Source of the DNA: the human T2T-CHM13v2.0 reference genome, Homo sapiens
Strand: one strand, 5' to 3'
Assembly (NCBI RefSeq): GCF_009914755.1
Contig: NC_060936.1
DNA: 64,000 bases
Shown: in pieces, positions 1 through 16,594 of the stretch
How positions within the stretch are numbered: the stretch's first letter is position 1
Layout: each line of letters opens with the position of its first letter
Translations under genes and position numbers: made by a program
The notes under the pieces: generated by a model
Database searches by the model: none
The model's input: the letters and a program-made list of their open reading frames with translations, nothing else
What the model was told of the DNA's origin: nothing

Positions 1-1353
1 TTTGCTCCTGGGTTGGGTTACCAGAGAATTAATGACAAGAACAATGGAGATGCCAGCACTTGGCATAATACTGAGTACATGCTAAGTGAATATTTGATTA
101 ATAAACATGTCACTGACTGCTAACAGGACAGATGGTTTTCTATTCTTCAATCTAAGTGATTGATGACAGTATTATTCTCCTACACATACACACATATAAC
201 TAGATGTATATGTTTAGATAAGCAGCTGGATTTGGTTAGTGATTTTTTTTTATTTAGTACTTTTAAACCTGTACTCGAAAGCAAAAGGAACATGTTTAAA
301 TATACATACTGTCTTTACCTAGTTTTTAAATCAAGATTGTACCAGCCTCATAAAATGAGTTTGGCAGCTTTTCTTCTTGTATTTTCGGCACTAGATTATT
401 TACTTAGGATTAATTGCTTGTTGAAAGTTTGTTTTTTGTTTTTTTGTTTTTTTAAAATAAAACATTACCTATAAAGTTTTCTGGGCCTGGGCCTTGGGGT
501 GGGGGACAGGGTGGATTAGAGCTCAAAAGGATTAGAGCTCAAAAGCTGCAAGTTCACCTGGAATAGATGTTATCAATTCCTTACCCCAAACAGGCTCTGC
601 CAACACTGTGATACTGCCCCCCATCCACCTCCGTACTGCTATGCTCATGCACAGGTTTCTCTGACTTGCAACAATAATAGTAACTACTGGCATATAGTAA
701 TCTTCCCAGCTTGCAACAGGAGAAGATAATTTAAGAAGCTGGCTTCCAACATATCTCCCAAAAGTGGAACCCTACTCCCAGACTGCCATTTTCCTACCAT
801 AACAGGTCATTACTATCTTCTACCGATGGAGGCAGAAGATATTTTATTTTATTCTTACAAATCCAGCATTGATTCTGGGAGAAAGCTGGTGATCTATACT
901 AGTTCTGTCTTGTTCTACAGCAGCAATTTATTTTACATGAATAATGTTTACACAAATTACAAATTCACCGTGTATCTGGCCCTTTAAAATATATTTCCTA
1001 ATGTAATTGTCACAATTGTACCATGAATTTGGCAATATTATTCCCGTATTTTTAAGATAAATAAGACTTTTTACTCTGTCTTATTTTTAAGATAAGGAAG
1101 TGGATTTTAAGTAACTCACCCAAGTTAGCATGGATAATATTATAGCAGAGGTAAAAGCACACCTGTCCCAAATCCAGAAAATTCTAGTATGATCAATTTC
1201 ATAAATAGCCCAAGTACAGACATAAAATATGATCGTAATTCTCTTGCCTGTGAATTATTTGTAAATGTAATGGGCTCATATCACTGGAGATGGGCTATAC
1301 TCAGGGATATAGATGTCAATCTTAATGAAATTGCTCTTTCAAGTACCATATAA

Positions 1354-1805
<452 letters not shown>

Positions 1806-3029
1806 AGAGTTGAGTTTCTTTAAGCTCTTCTGATGAGATCTTTTCAAACCCACATCCAGGCCTTTCCACTGAATTTCTAGGGTGTTTACCTAAGATTTAG
1901 CTGCATATTGTCACTTAAAGACTGATTCCTAATGGCTGCCAGAAATTTAACACCTACCCAGGTGCTACAATTGCCACATTGACCATAGGTTTCCTCTTTC
2001 TTCTCTGACTAGGGAATAGGTGTTTCTCTCATATTCTCATTGTCATTCTTGTTCTCTCCTGTTTCTCTCTTCTCCTTATTTTAAGTATTATGAAGAAATG
2101 TAATCTCTTATACCAGAGAAGGAAACAGTATCATGGTTGGTTAGCAGAAATACAATATATAAAGTATAGGTATTTACAATATGTAAATACAATAGAATAA
2201 AGCATACTAATCAGTGAAGTATTATGAGGGGTCTGATAAACAAAAAACTTGGAAGAATTGCACAGAAAAGGAAGGTGAGCCAAGAGCACACTGGGCACGT
2301 GGTTATGGTTTGAAAGAAGTTGAACTGCACATGTGGAGTATGACCCCCTTCCCTTGATGATGGCATTATGACCAGATGGCATTATCTGGTTAATGGCATC
2401 ATCAACCATATGATGGCATTATCTGGTTTTCCTGTAGGTTTTAACTCTTCTAAATGGCTTAGCTTCCTACATTATTATACAAGAGGCTTTTCTTTTTCTT
2501 TTTAAGTATTTCTTAGAACTATATTCTGAAATTAGAATTTCTAGATCAGAGAATATAATTGATTGTGGCTTTGAATTTTGCTTGTGGATGAAGTCTACAT
2601 ATAAAAGATATGTTATTGCAGTGCTTTAAGATTGATACAGAAAAATGGTATTATGTTCTATTCCCAGATTATTTTTGAGTACCATCTATCAGAGATGAAA
2701 TATTATGTCTCATCTAGTTGAAGTATGTCATAGCTATTACATTTATTCTCATTCTCTGCATAGTTTTATGCAGGAGCATGAAAATAAGTACCAGAGTAAA
2801 CATTACACTTTTTTCACACAGTATGTTTCCTATATACATAGTTTGTAGTCGACTGTTGACACAGATTTTTCCACTTCAGATACCTGCATGCATAATAAAT
2901 GTTACAAGTAAGGTTTTTTTCTTGTTACGATGGATGTTATGGAGTTATGGAAGAGTAATCAAATAATATTTGTCCTAGAAAGTTTGGCCAACTTTCATGG
3001 AAATAGTAAAATGTTAGGACTAAACTGTT

Positions 3030-3048
3030 TGTCCAGTAGATGGCACTC
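3030..3048 (+). promoter_or_regulatory. CTCF motif
   Basis: TGTCCAGTAGATGGCACTC matches the CTCF core CCA(C/G)(C/T)AG(A/G)(G/T)GGC(A/G)C. Confidence 0.6.
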
Positions 3049-3075
3049 TTAGTTCTTGGACCCCAAAGTTCATAA

Positions 3076-3315
<240 letters not shown>

Positions 3316-3318
3316 TAA

Positions 3319-3576
<258 letters not shown>

Positions 3577-5305
3577 TAGATTTTGGTTAGGAGAACTAAT
3601 TTAAAGATTTCTCAAGAAAGTGAAGTTCAGTGTGATTTATAACAGGCACCAAGTTAATATAAGCCAAACTATACATAGTCTTACGTTGAAATTCTCAGAG
3701 ACCGTGCTAATTCTGAAAAGAAGCCATGGATTCTTCCAAGATTCTAATAGCAGGTATACAACTTTATTATCCATGGGAATCATTTCTCAGTTTTCTTCTT
3801 AGGAAGAAAACCTACTTGAATTCATGTTAATGGACCTCTTTAACAAACAAAAGGCAACCTATACAAAAGCCCCTTTCTGAAAAGATTAGAGAACCAAGCA
3901 TTTCTTGGACTTTTAAGAATGTAAGGTTTCTTTGTATATAAATACCATTCCTTTGAAATATATTCAATATAACAATTATGATTCTTATGACATTATCTAT
4001 AGGTTGGTAGGATTTTAATATCAATTTATTTCATTGGAGGATTTTTTATTTTTTTTTGCCTAAACATAGATTCCAAAAACAGTGAATAAATTTAAAGTTC
4101 ATCTTGGTGTATAGTTCTAAGTAAAAAATTCATCACTAAGTATGTAGACATACTCATTTATACAATCAAATTTAGCCCCTCATTTATTTAATTAGCTGAA
4201 CCCAAGTTGCTAAACATTCTGAGATCCTCTGTTCTTCTACAAGATCTAGAGGCCAATTTCATTCAATATTGACTTTTCTGTTTTCTTCTTTGCCTCTTCT
4301 ATCCCATTGCTGTTCATTTCCACAGCTCATCTTATAGGCTATTCTATAGTTTTTCTTGAATCTATATACAATAAAAATTATCTGATAATTTTTTCTTGAC
4401 TATCTACCTTCTTTCCACTTGTCTTTCATACACCAGAATTATTTTTTCTAAATATAGGCAAAAATCCACTGGCCAGGATAATTTACCATTCAGATTATTT
4501 TACACGTCTACATTTTTATATACCTCTATGTTAATATTCTGTGCTTAGTGTTTTCTTTTTGTCCTATGTCTTTTTATTTCTCCATAGGCTATCTTGCACA
4601 CTAGTGTTCAGGCATTTTGTAGGCAGCTTCCCTTTTTAAAAAAAAATTCTCTAATAAAACTTCTCTCTGCATTATTAGAGAATTTCAAACAAGTAAATGT
4701 CATTTTATGTCTCCGAATACTAGATAAAAGGTGATATTTCCTGTGGAGTGGAGTGAGAATGTTTTAAGTCATGGACATTTTGGGTATTCCATTCATCTTT
4801 AATAGCTGTATGTGTTTAAGAGGAGATAATGCTTATGCCAGATAGAGAAAGTAACCTAGTTACCTCTTGAGGTATTGTGGCATTGGTATAATTATATATT
4901 ATATTTATATTTACATATATATGTAAATATAATTTTTTTCTTTTTTCTTTCTCCCTCCTCTTTTCTATTTGTATATAATTTTTATGTTTAAATTCCTGTA
5001 CCCTACAAAGAAATCTAAAGAAAAAATCTTTTAAAAAATATCTATTAAGATAGGCGAGTGCCCCCTCAAAAGAGTTTGGACTAAGTTTTCAAGGAAAGGA
5101 ATTTATCTTACAAAAAGGGGAAATTTAACCAAGAAAAATAATAGAGTCATTGTACAGTAATAAGTGATTCTTAATAAGCAGGAGTTACGTGATTACATTT
5201 CTTTGTTGTATGAATAAAAAGCAATTTCAAAAGCATTGCATATTCTCATGATTTTTGTGATTATTTTCTTAAAAAGTTGAACTCTTAACTGTCTTATTTG
5301 CCTAG

Positions 5306-5846
<541 letters not shown>

Positions 5847-6258
5847 GCATCAGTCTTCATTTTATAGACACATTGAAAGATATCATGGAAGCAAACTGTT
5901 GAACAAAACATGTTACTATGAACTCCCATATTTCAAATGTGAAAATGGAATACAATAAAATGTTTAACCAGAAGCAGACATATAGGTATTGATCTGAATC
6001 TAGATGCCCAAGAAGCTGAGATGCTGTCTCTACAGATTCTACTCTGTGCTACAGAGGAATAACACATTCTGTCATTGTGGTTTTTGTTTGATTTAATTTG
6101 TTTTCATCTCTATGGTATATTTGTATAAATTATCTGGCAGCAGTACAGATCAAAAACTTGAAGCAGAATTTTATACCTCAAAAGTAAATGCCCAAATATT
6201 AAGTTATGACAATTTTTTATGAACTGTAACTATATTATTTTAATAGTAATTGATAATA

Positions 6259-6558
6259 AGGCCAAGCACAATGGCTCACGCCTATAATCTCAACACTTTG
6301 GGAGGCCGAGGTGGGTGGATCACTTGAGGCCAGGAGTTCGAGACCAGTCTGGCTAATATGGCGAAACACCATCCCTACTAAAAATACAAAAATTGGCCAG
6401 GTGTGGTGGCGCACCCCTGTAGTCCTACCTACTTGCGGGGGCTGAGGCAGGAAGATTGCTTGAACCCAGGAGGTGGAGGTTGCACTGAGCCAAGACTGGA
6501 CCATGACACTCCAGCCTGAGAGAGAGGGCAAGACTCTGTCTCAAAAAAAGAAAAGAGA
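6259..6558 (+). mobile_element. Alu (older S/J-type)
   Basis: ggccaagcacaatggctcacgcc start and A-rich tail; agtaattgat on both flanks. Confidence 0.93.
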
Positions 6559-6609
6559 AGTAATTGATTTACTTAAAAAAGCATTTGTTGCTAATTCAAT
6601 AATTAATGA

Positions 6610-6820
6610 TTTTTAAAATTTTCATTTTTGTAGGTACATGGTAGGTATATATATTTATGGGTTACATTAATAAATTCATATAATGTATAATAATCACAAC
6701 AGAGTAAATGGGGTATCTGTCACCTCAAACATTTATCCATTGTGTTACAAACAATCCAGTTATACTCTTTTAGTTATTTTAAAATGTATAATTCAATTAT
6801 TTTTGACACACTCACCCTGT
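6610..6820 (-). mobile_element. L1MA-type 3' end fragment
   Basis: Resembles the L1MA 3' UTR (gtatctgtcacctc...ttatactcttttagttattt). Confidence 0.65.
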
Positions 6821-7051
6821 CACCCATTATTATAATTTTATCCATAATTCGTTATTTTACTTTTTTTGTGAACTATTTTTACCATTAATTTACACAGCCA
6901 ATAACATTTTTAAGTAGCTAGAGGTTCCCAATTATTTGGTATTATGATCCCTATATAATATGAAGACAATAAATGTTCTATTGTTTTTCTCTTCTCTTCA
7001 ACTTTTGTTTTTATCAAAGCAAAACATATATTAACTTTATCTCTCAAATAG

Positions 7052-7345
<294 letters not shown>

Positions 7346-7899
7346 TGATCAGGAGACAAAAAGTGACGTATAAAAATTGGACTAAAATATAATCATAGAA
7401 CTCTATGATAAAAGTTATTTGCAAGCATTTGGGGGGAAGAAGATATTGAGATAGTGGAAGTCAGATGTTAGGAAGATCCTTGAAATACTGTTTTTTTATA
7501 GATTTATTTATTATCATAGAAGGTAGTTTAAATGTATATGGAGTAGCTTGTATGTATATGGTAGTTTAAATGTATATGCATATCACATTAATTTCACTTA
7601 CTTTCCTAAAAAATTTATTTATTATCATAGAAGGTAGTTTAAATGTACATGGAATAGTTTATATGTATATGTATATGGTAGTTCGAATGTATCTGTATAT
7701 TAGATTAACTTCACTTTTGTAAAAAAATTAATAAGAGCATTATGTGAAAAAGCTAAAAAGAAATAGACATTTCATTTGACATGATAACTAAGAGTTAACA
7801 GACTACTCAGAAAGCTACCACAATTACATAAGCCGGGGGTGATCCTCCTGACATTACCCTACACCCATCAGAATGCACTTGAACCTTCCTGTTTGGCAC

Positions 7900-8340
7900 T
7901 GTGAACCACTCTTAAAAAGAATGTGGAGGTGAAGGAGCATGCATAAAGGACAGGAATAAGTGACAGAAAAGCATGTGGAAAAAAATGAAGGTATTTACTC
8001 TTGGGGAAATATAACTGTCTTCAGATATTTAAAAGAGTGACATACTAATTTAGAAATCGGTTAATCAACATTGCTGTGGAGATTAAAGAAGATAAATTAT
8101 ATAACATACTTAGCACAGGATCTGATTCATAAAAAAAGTTAGATCCCTCTCTACTGCCCTAAAAAAGGTATGAATATACCAGTCTATAGAAGTTATTGGG
8201 AGGTAGTGTTCAGGTCAATGTCAGAAAGAAATTTATATTGCTAAAGGTATCCAAAAAATAGGCTGAGACACCATATTAATGGTAATAAATTGACTGTCAT
8301 TGGACATGTTTAAACAAGAGATTAGAATGAAATTTTATGG
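7900..8340 (+). mobile_element. Ancient CR1/L3 LINE remnant, with a MIR-like piece near 8060-8140
   Basis: Degenerate CR1-like 3' motifs (ctgtcttcagatatttaaa; tcattggacatgtttaaacaagag). Confidence 0.45.
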
Positions 8341-8385
8341 TTACTATAGGTAGGATTCATATATAGAATGAAAGATTTGTTTTTT

Positions 8386-9564
<1,179 letters not shown>

Positions 9565-9962
9565 TAAGAATGGGATTAATTCATAAATCTCGAAATATGG
9601 AAATGCAGAAAAATGTAAATTAAAGGGAAAATTCATGTATAATAATACCACTTCTTAGGCATAATTGTTGCTGATATTTTGGGATATTTCCTTTATTAAT
9701 TTTGCTAGATAACTGCTGGTTAAAAATCTCCCTTTTTTCCTCAGAAACATTTGAAGCACTTCAAAATAAAACATTTGTACAGTAATATTATTAAACATAT
9801 AGATAAATAAGAATATCAGAAACCACACAATCACAGGAGATATATTAAAATTCAAACAAAATCTGGGATAAGGTAACCCCTTGAATTGAGCAATAAATTC
9901 TTTAAAGCTTTCTGGAAGCCAAAGCAAAAAAAGGAAAATAGGCTACATTTATATATTTTTAA

Positions 9963-10314
<352 letters not shown>

Positions 10315-10557
10315 TAAAATATCATCTACTTATACATTAGAATTTAGACTTTCTGTATTTCTCCTTGATAAAAAGCAAAAACCTCAAGTTCAGAAAAGTA
10401 CTAATTAGCAACAGTGTTTCTATAGGAACCTTAGCACTTGAGGTAGGATCCTTTAGCTGTCAAGTAAAGAAGTTTGTGCATTAATGCCTGGGGTTTTACA
10501 TATTTACAAATTTCAGATGCCAGGTGAATGTTGACTTCACTTGTATTTTATTTCTAG

Positions 10558-10824
<267 letters not shown>

Positions 10825-11078
10825 TAAAACCTAGTTCTAATGTGTTTTCCCTGGGATTGCTTTCTTACTTTAGATGAATTTTATGCTTCTTATGAAATAC
10901 ACAATACTTCAAGTCTAAACATCATTTGCGGAGTTTGACTACGGATAGCTCCCTTCCCCAATATCATAATAATAGAAATCCCAGACTATGGAATCTATAA
11001 TAATAACACATATGATACAAAGATATCTTCTCCGTCATGAAGTCATGAAGTTAGAAAAAAATAATAATAAGGAGTTGA

Positions 11079-11428
<350 letters not shown>

Positions 11429-11542
11429 GCTTCAGGTTATGTTAGCGATTTAAAAGTGAAAGAATTTCAGTTACCATAAAGACCAGTCATAGGTTTTTAT
11501 TGGCTTGGTTAGGGGAACTCCATGTGAATAGATAGGAGGTAG

Positions 11543-12540
11543 TATTCATTTGTTCATTCAACAGACATTTATTGAGCATCTGCTCTGTGCCAGGTATCCT
11601 TCCAGGTACTAGAGATAGAGTTGTGGGGAAAAAAAGACAAAAAATAAAATAAAATCCTTGCCCTTATAGAAGTACATTCTAGTGGGATCAGTAGACAATA
11701 AGCAAAACAAGTGAGTATATCTATAGTATGTTAAATACAGTATTATTTACTGTAGTGATAAATGCTGAGAAATATGAGAGTAAAAATAAAAGGAGGGAGA
11801 TATGAAATATTATAGAGATAGGTTAAAATTTTAGGTAAGATATCCAGGGATAGGAAAGATGTAAAGCAGGGAAAGATTTGTAAAAAGAAAAAGAAAAGAC
11901 CTGCAAGAAGCAAGGGAGTGCTCCCTGGGGCTGTATGTGGAAAGAGGATTCCAAAGAGAGGAGAAAGCAACCTGTGCAAAGGTCCGGGGATGTACATTGG
12001 GTGGGGTGTTCAGGGAGCAGCAGGAGAACTGGGATAGCTGGAGCAGCAAGACAGAGGCAGCCGGGAACGAACTGTCCAAGGGAGAGAATACAGTCATGGG
12101 TTCTTAGTTGCTGTTTCTGGTTGGGCCAGTAAAGCCCCTTCCTCATCCCACTGTTCTGCTTATCACTAGAGACAGAAACTAAAAACCATGGTTTCAGGTG
12201 CTAAAAGCCTAAAACAAAACAAAACAGAAGAACAGCAACAACAAATAAGTCAGCCTGGACAAGCTTGGAAGGTGGGACTCTGTAGGTCACGGTAAGTGTT
12301 GTGGCTTTTACTCTGAGTAAGATGGGAAATCGTCAGTGGTTTTGAACGGAAGAGTTAGTAGACTCAACTTACATTTTAACTGGACTGCTTCAGCTGCTCT
12401 ATTGAGAATATGCTTGGGGTTGAGAAGGGAGCAAGGATAGACATAGGGCGGTCAGTTAGGAGACCATTGAAATTATCCAAGTGAGAGATGCCTGTGACTT
12501 TGAACCAGGGCAGTAGCAACAGTGACAGTGACAACCTATC
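11543..12540 (-). mobile_element. L2 LINE remnant
   Basis: L2 3' end ttcatttgttcattcaacagacatttattgagc and typical body sequence. Confidence 0.75.
12068..12267. mobile_element. hAT-Charlie MITE (MER107/MER30-like) inserted in the L2
   Basis: Terminal inverted motifs tgtccaa ... tggacaagcttg; about 200 bp. Confidence 0.6.
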
Positions 12541-15057
12541 ACATGTGATAATTGGCTGGAGTGCATCATGTGGCCAATCTAACCTATTTAGCTTAATTGA
12601 CTATGAAATCATTTTTATTTATGCCTCTAAAGCTACTCTCCTATTTATCCTGTCATGAAACAAATAGTGACTAATAGCATAATTAGTAAAAATCCATGAC
12701 CCTTGCAATGATATTGCACAAATACTGCTCCTAAGAACATAGTATGTGATTTCTGTCTACCTTTACAGATAAAGTACAATCTTAATATCCTCAAGGTTCT
12801 TACCAAAAATACAACCAGTGAAAGACATTCTGATCATTTCGTGCCTATTTTTATCACAGTCAGGATAATGCACAACTTGGTTCATTCCAACCATCTTGTA
12901 AGGAGATTAACCTTCTACTGATCCATTTTGCTCTCATATAAGCACCTTGTTGTAGGCACACATAAGCAAACATAAAGAAGTCCTTATCAATTATGAACTT
13001 ATGAAGTAAAATTTTGCAAATTGAGTTTTAGATCAGATCTGGCCTGTTAATTACTTTTTGTAGAATGGGGGAAAATTAAAGTTGTTTTTCTTCAATATGC
13101 TACTGTCAAAGTAATTATATTTCATTTATCTGATGCAAATAAAAAGACTTCCATTAGAAAATTTGTACTAATCTTGAGATTCAGAGCTAGAAGCCAAGAC
13201 TTGGAATTCATGGGTTATTCATTCATTTTTTTCACTTAATAAACATGTATTAGTTTTCTCTTTTTGTTTGTTTTCATTTCAAAGAGCCAGGTAGTTTGCT
13301 GTCTTACTAAGAATAAGACAGTTTTTCCACTGAATGAAGGTATTGTCAGCTTAGCCTCTGGAAAAGCTTTGTTCCCAGGGGCCCTGACTTACTGCTCTTT
13401 GAACTCAAACACATGGAAAATACAGACGCACAGATCCAGGCATTGGGAATTGAAGGACCCAGGCCAGGAGACTTAACAGGCTCAACTTGTCAACCTAGCC
13501 TTTAGCAGCAAATGCTACAACCACATATTCCATTTCTTTCTGTTCTGTAGGGTTGGGTTGTCATACCTTCCCGTTTTTATCAAGTTCACTAAAGCAGGAA
13601 TGAGAGACTTTTTGGGTTCTGTTTGCTCATGCCTTCCAAAAGTTAACTGACCACATTATATTACAATTTAAAAATATCCCATCCACAATGATTTGATACT
13701 GTAGCTTTGGAAATATTATCTTTAAAGTATTTCTTTACAACCAAGAAAATGATAAATATGGAGCAACATTAGTATTTACCAAATATTGGCCACATAGAGT
13801 AACAGAATTTTAGAAATGAAGGGGGAATCAATGCTTATCAGTTAGCTGCCTCACTTTACATATATTAAACTAAGGCTCAGAAATTTAAATGACATTGCAA
13901 GGTTGTAGAACCAGAAAGGGAACCTAGGTCTCTTAATTTTTAACTTCAATGCTTTTGGCTCTCAGTAATGTTAATATCAGAATTCATACTGGCTAAAATG
14001 GTTACCTTGACTTTGCCTAATACTTAGGTTTCAGAAAAAAATAAATATGCACAGATAACTTCTGTAGTTTGTAAAACTTGGAGATGTCCCAGGAAACAGA
14101 ATAAAATGTTTCAATATGGTATCCTAGGAAAAGAAGGTTTTTATCCCACCTTATAATTAAATCTGAAAGATTCCTACAGTGAACTAAGAGGTTTCTAATG
14201 AAGTACTAAGCTGCATTTAGAATTGGAGCAATGAAAGGCTCTTTGTTCTCCTTTCAAAAGGTTCCAGTACAGAACAATTTGGCTCCCAATACAGGCATGT
14301 TTTAGACCACCTGCAGGCTCTAATCTACGCAAATTTATTTGGTACAAACTTTCTTCTACGTCACCTTCTTATTCAGTATAATTCCAGAGAGGTTTATTGC
14401 TAACATTTAACAGTATTAATAAGAGAACAGTTGCTCTCATGGGGACTGCCCTGGAAGGAAAAAAGAGGAAAATTGAGCTTTTGTTAGCTTCTTCCCTATG
14501 AATGCACTGCCATCAATGTGTATAACTTTAAGATGAAATAATCACCTTAAACTGAAGAGTGTTTGCTACAACTGTGATTCAAACCTGTCCTTCAGACAGG
14601 GGTCCTCTGTAACTCTCTTGATTCAAAGGATTAGCTTAAAAAGTATATTAACATTTAAACATTTCTCAACAGAATTTGATTTATAACAAAAACGAAGTAG
14701 AAATAGACAAGTAGAGATAGAAGAGTAATTTTTAATTTGCTTTAAAAAATCTGATGTATTAATGTATTTTATTGACTTTCATAGAAAGAATTCAAATTTA
14801 GTTAAATTTCAATTGTATCTACTGCCCTTGTTAGGAGGCTTTCAAATGGAAGAATTGATATAAGGGGTCTTGGCCTGTGCCCCATACACTTTTGCCTATG
14901 TCCCAGTTCTTCAAACTTTGCTTGGAATACTGCTAGCTCCTTTTCACCCAGTGTTATTTAATTCTCATTACTTACATCCAGCCCAGGTACCAGGTCCTTT
15001 AAAAAAAAAATTCTACCTAATTTTCCACAGTTTGTGTCATTTGTGTTGCCATGGTTT

Positions 15058-15587
15058 GATGTATCAAAGAGAAATTGCACCAGACATTTGTTAAAAATGG
15101 CAACGAAGGCGTTATTCAAGACTACTGTAATAGGGGAGACAGATTGAACTCTGTTGAAGCAAAAGGTGGGAGAATTGTTCAATGCTGCTGTGAGCTAGTG
15201 AAAAAGTGCTGGAGGATGTTATGTGAGCATTGGTTAGTATGATTAAGCCACCTGTTAATTGGTACTTACTAAAGTTAGGCTCCTACCTCCCAACAGAGAC
15301 TAGGAGATAGGCCTGCCTGCTGGCCTACCTTTCTTCTTTCCTTCCATCCTTCCTTCCTTCATTTAAATCTTTTTTAAATTTTAAAATTTAAATTTTATTT
15401 TGTAAGACTGCAAAGCTAATTAGAGGCTGGGAGAAGATTTATCTATATTCCAGAGGGGCAGAGAAAGAATTTGCTATTACAGGTTTTCTAAAGTAAATGT
15501 TCTAACAAGAGGGAGGTCAGGGGCCTATAGTCTAGAAGTCTAAAATAGTGTCAAACTGAGAGAAATGGCAAGCCCATCTTGGTCACA
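15058..15587. mobile_element. Probable ERV solo LTR, family uncertain
   Basis: TG...CA-bounded segment with LTR-like composition; no clear TSD. Confidence 0.4.
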
Positions 15588-16189
15588 AGAATATGTCTGT
15601 CATAAAACATAGCACATGTATTTCAGTTTTTGTCTTCTTGGCACTCTCTCTTACAGAGAGACTGTAAACTCCTTTAAGGCAAGATCTGAGCTTAATTGAT
15701 CTGTGTTTCCAAAGTATCCTGGAAAGTATTTGCCAGTTAGTTTGAGTCCATCTCATGAAGAAATTATGAATATCATAATTTTTTTTTCCTTTTGACTCTG
15801 CCTGTGTTCATTCCCCTCAGCACTCATTCAATTTAATAATTGTCATTCTGTGTCTGTATGGTTCAAAATTAATTCAAGATAATTTAATGTCCTTTTTATT
15901 CACTATGTTTTAAAAATTAATTTTATTCTGTACAGTACAAGAAATTTCTGCAGTATATCAAAATAAAACTGTTAAAAGAATGACTAGCCCTTCCACAAAG
16001 ATGTTGGCAGATGACCTCCAAGTTTCTTTGTCACCCCCATAGAAATTGGCTTTTTTTCTTTCATTATTGTGCTATTATTAAGACTTTTCTTTTTTTTCTT
16101 GCTCCCAGAGTAAGTCATATCTACTTCATTAAATAGACCCAAATATCCCTTTTGATCTTCCTGCTAACTTGTACTGTTTTTTTTAATTG

Positions 16190-16356
16190 TTTATTTACTT
16201 TTGTAGAGACAGCAGTCTCACTTTATTTATTTCTGTAGAAACAGGACCTCACTATGTTTCCCAGGCTGGTTTGGAACCCCTGACGTCAAGTGATCCTCTT
16301 GCTTCAGCCTCCCAAGTAGCTAAGATTACAGGCAGCATGAGCCACCATAGCCAGCA
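16190..16356 (-). mobile_element. Alu monomer (FLAM or AluJ left arm)
   Basis: Degenerate antisense Alu left arm. Confidence 0.75.
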
Positions 16357-16594
16357 TGAACTATTAACTCTTTAATGCAGTCTCAATTAGATCAGCATCT
16401 CCTGTAGACCACTTTTTCGTATTAGTTTTATTTTTACCACTTATCAATACTTCATCATTTACCTGGAAATGTGGAACAAAAACTAGAGAGAAAATTATTC
16501 ATTTAGTAAACTTTTACTGAATGCTTTAGTAAAGTCTAGGTCTTCACAGATATTACATATACACAAAAGTAAAGAGAAAAGTCCATATACCAGG

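Noticed and set aside
10511-10557. 7-nt microexon (tttcag|ATGCCAG|gtgaat)
   Set aside because: The downstream intron would be only 34 nt, too short to splice, and the exon would shift the frame
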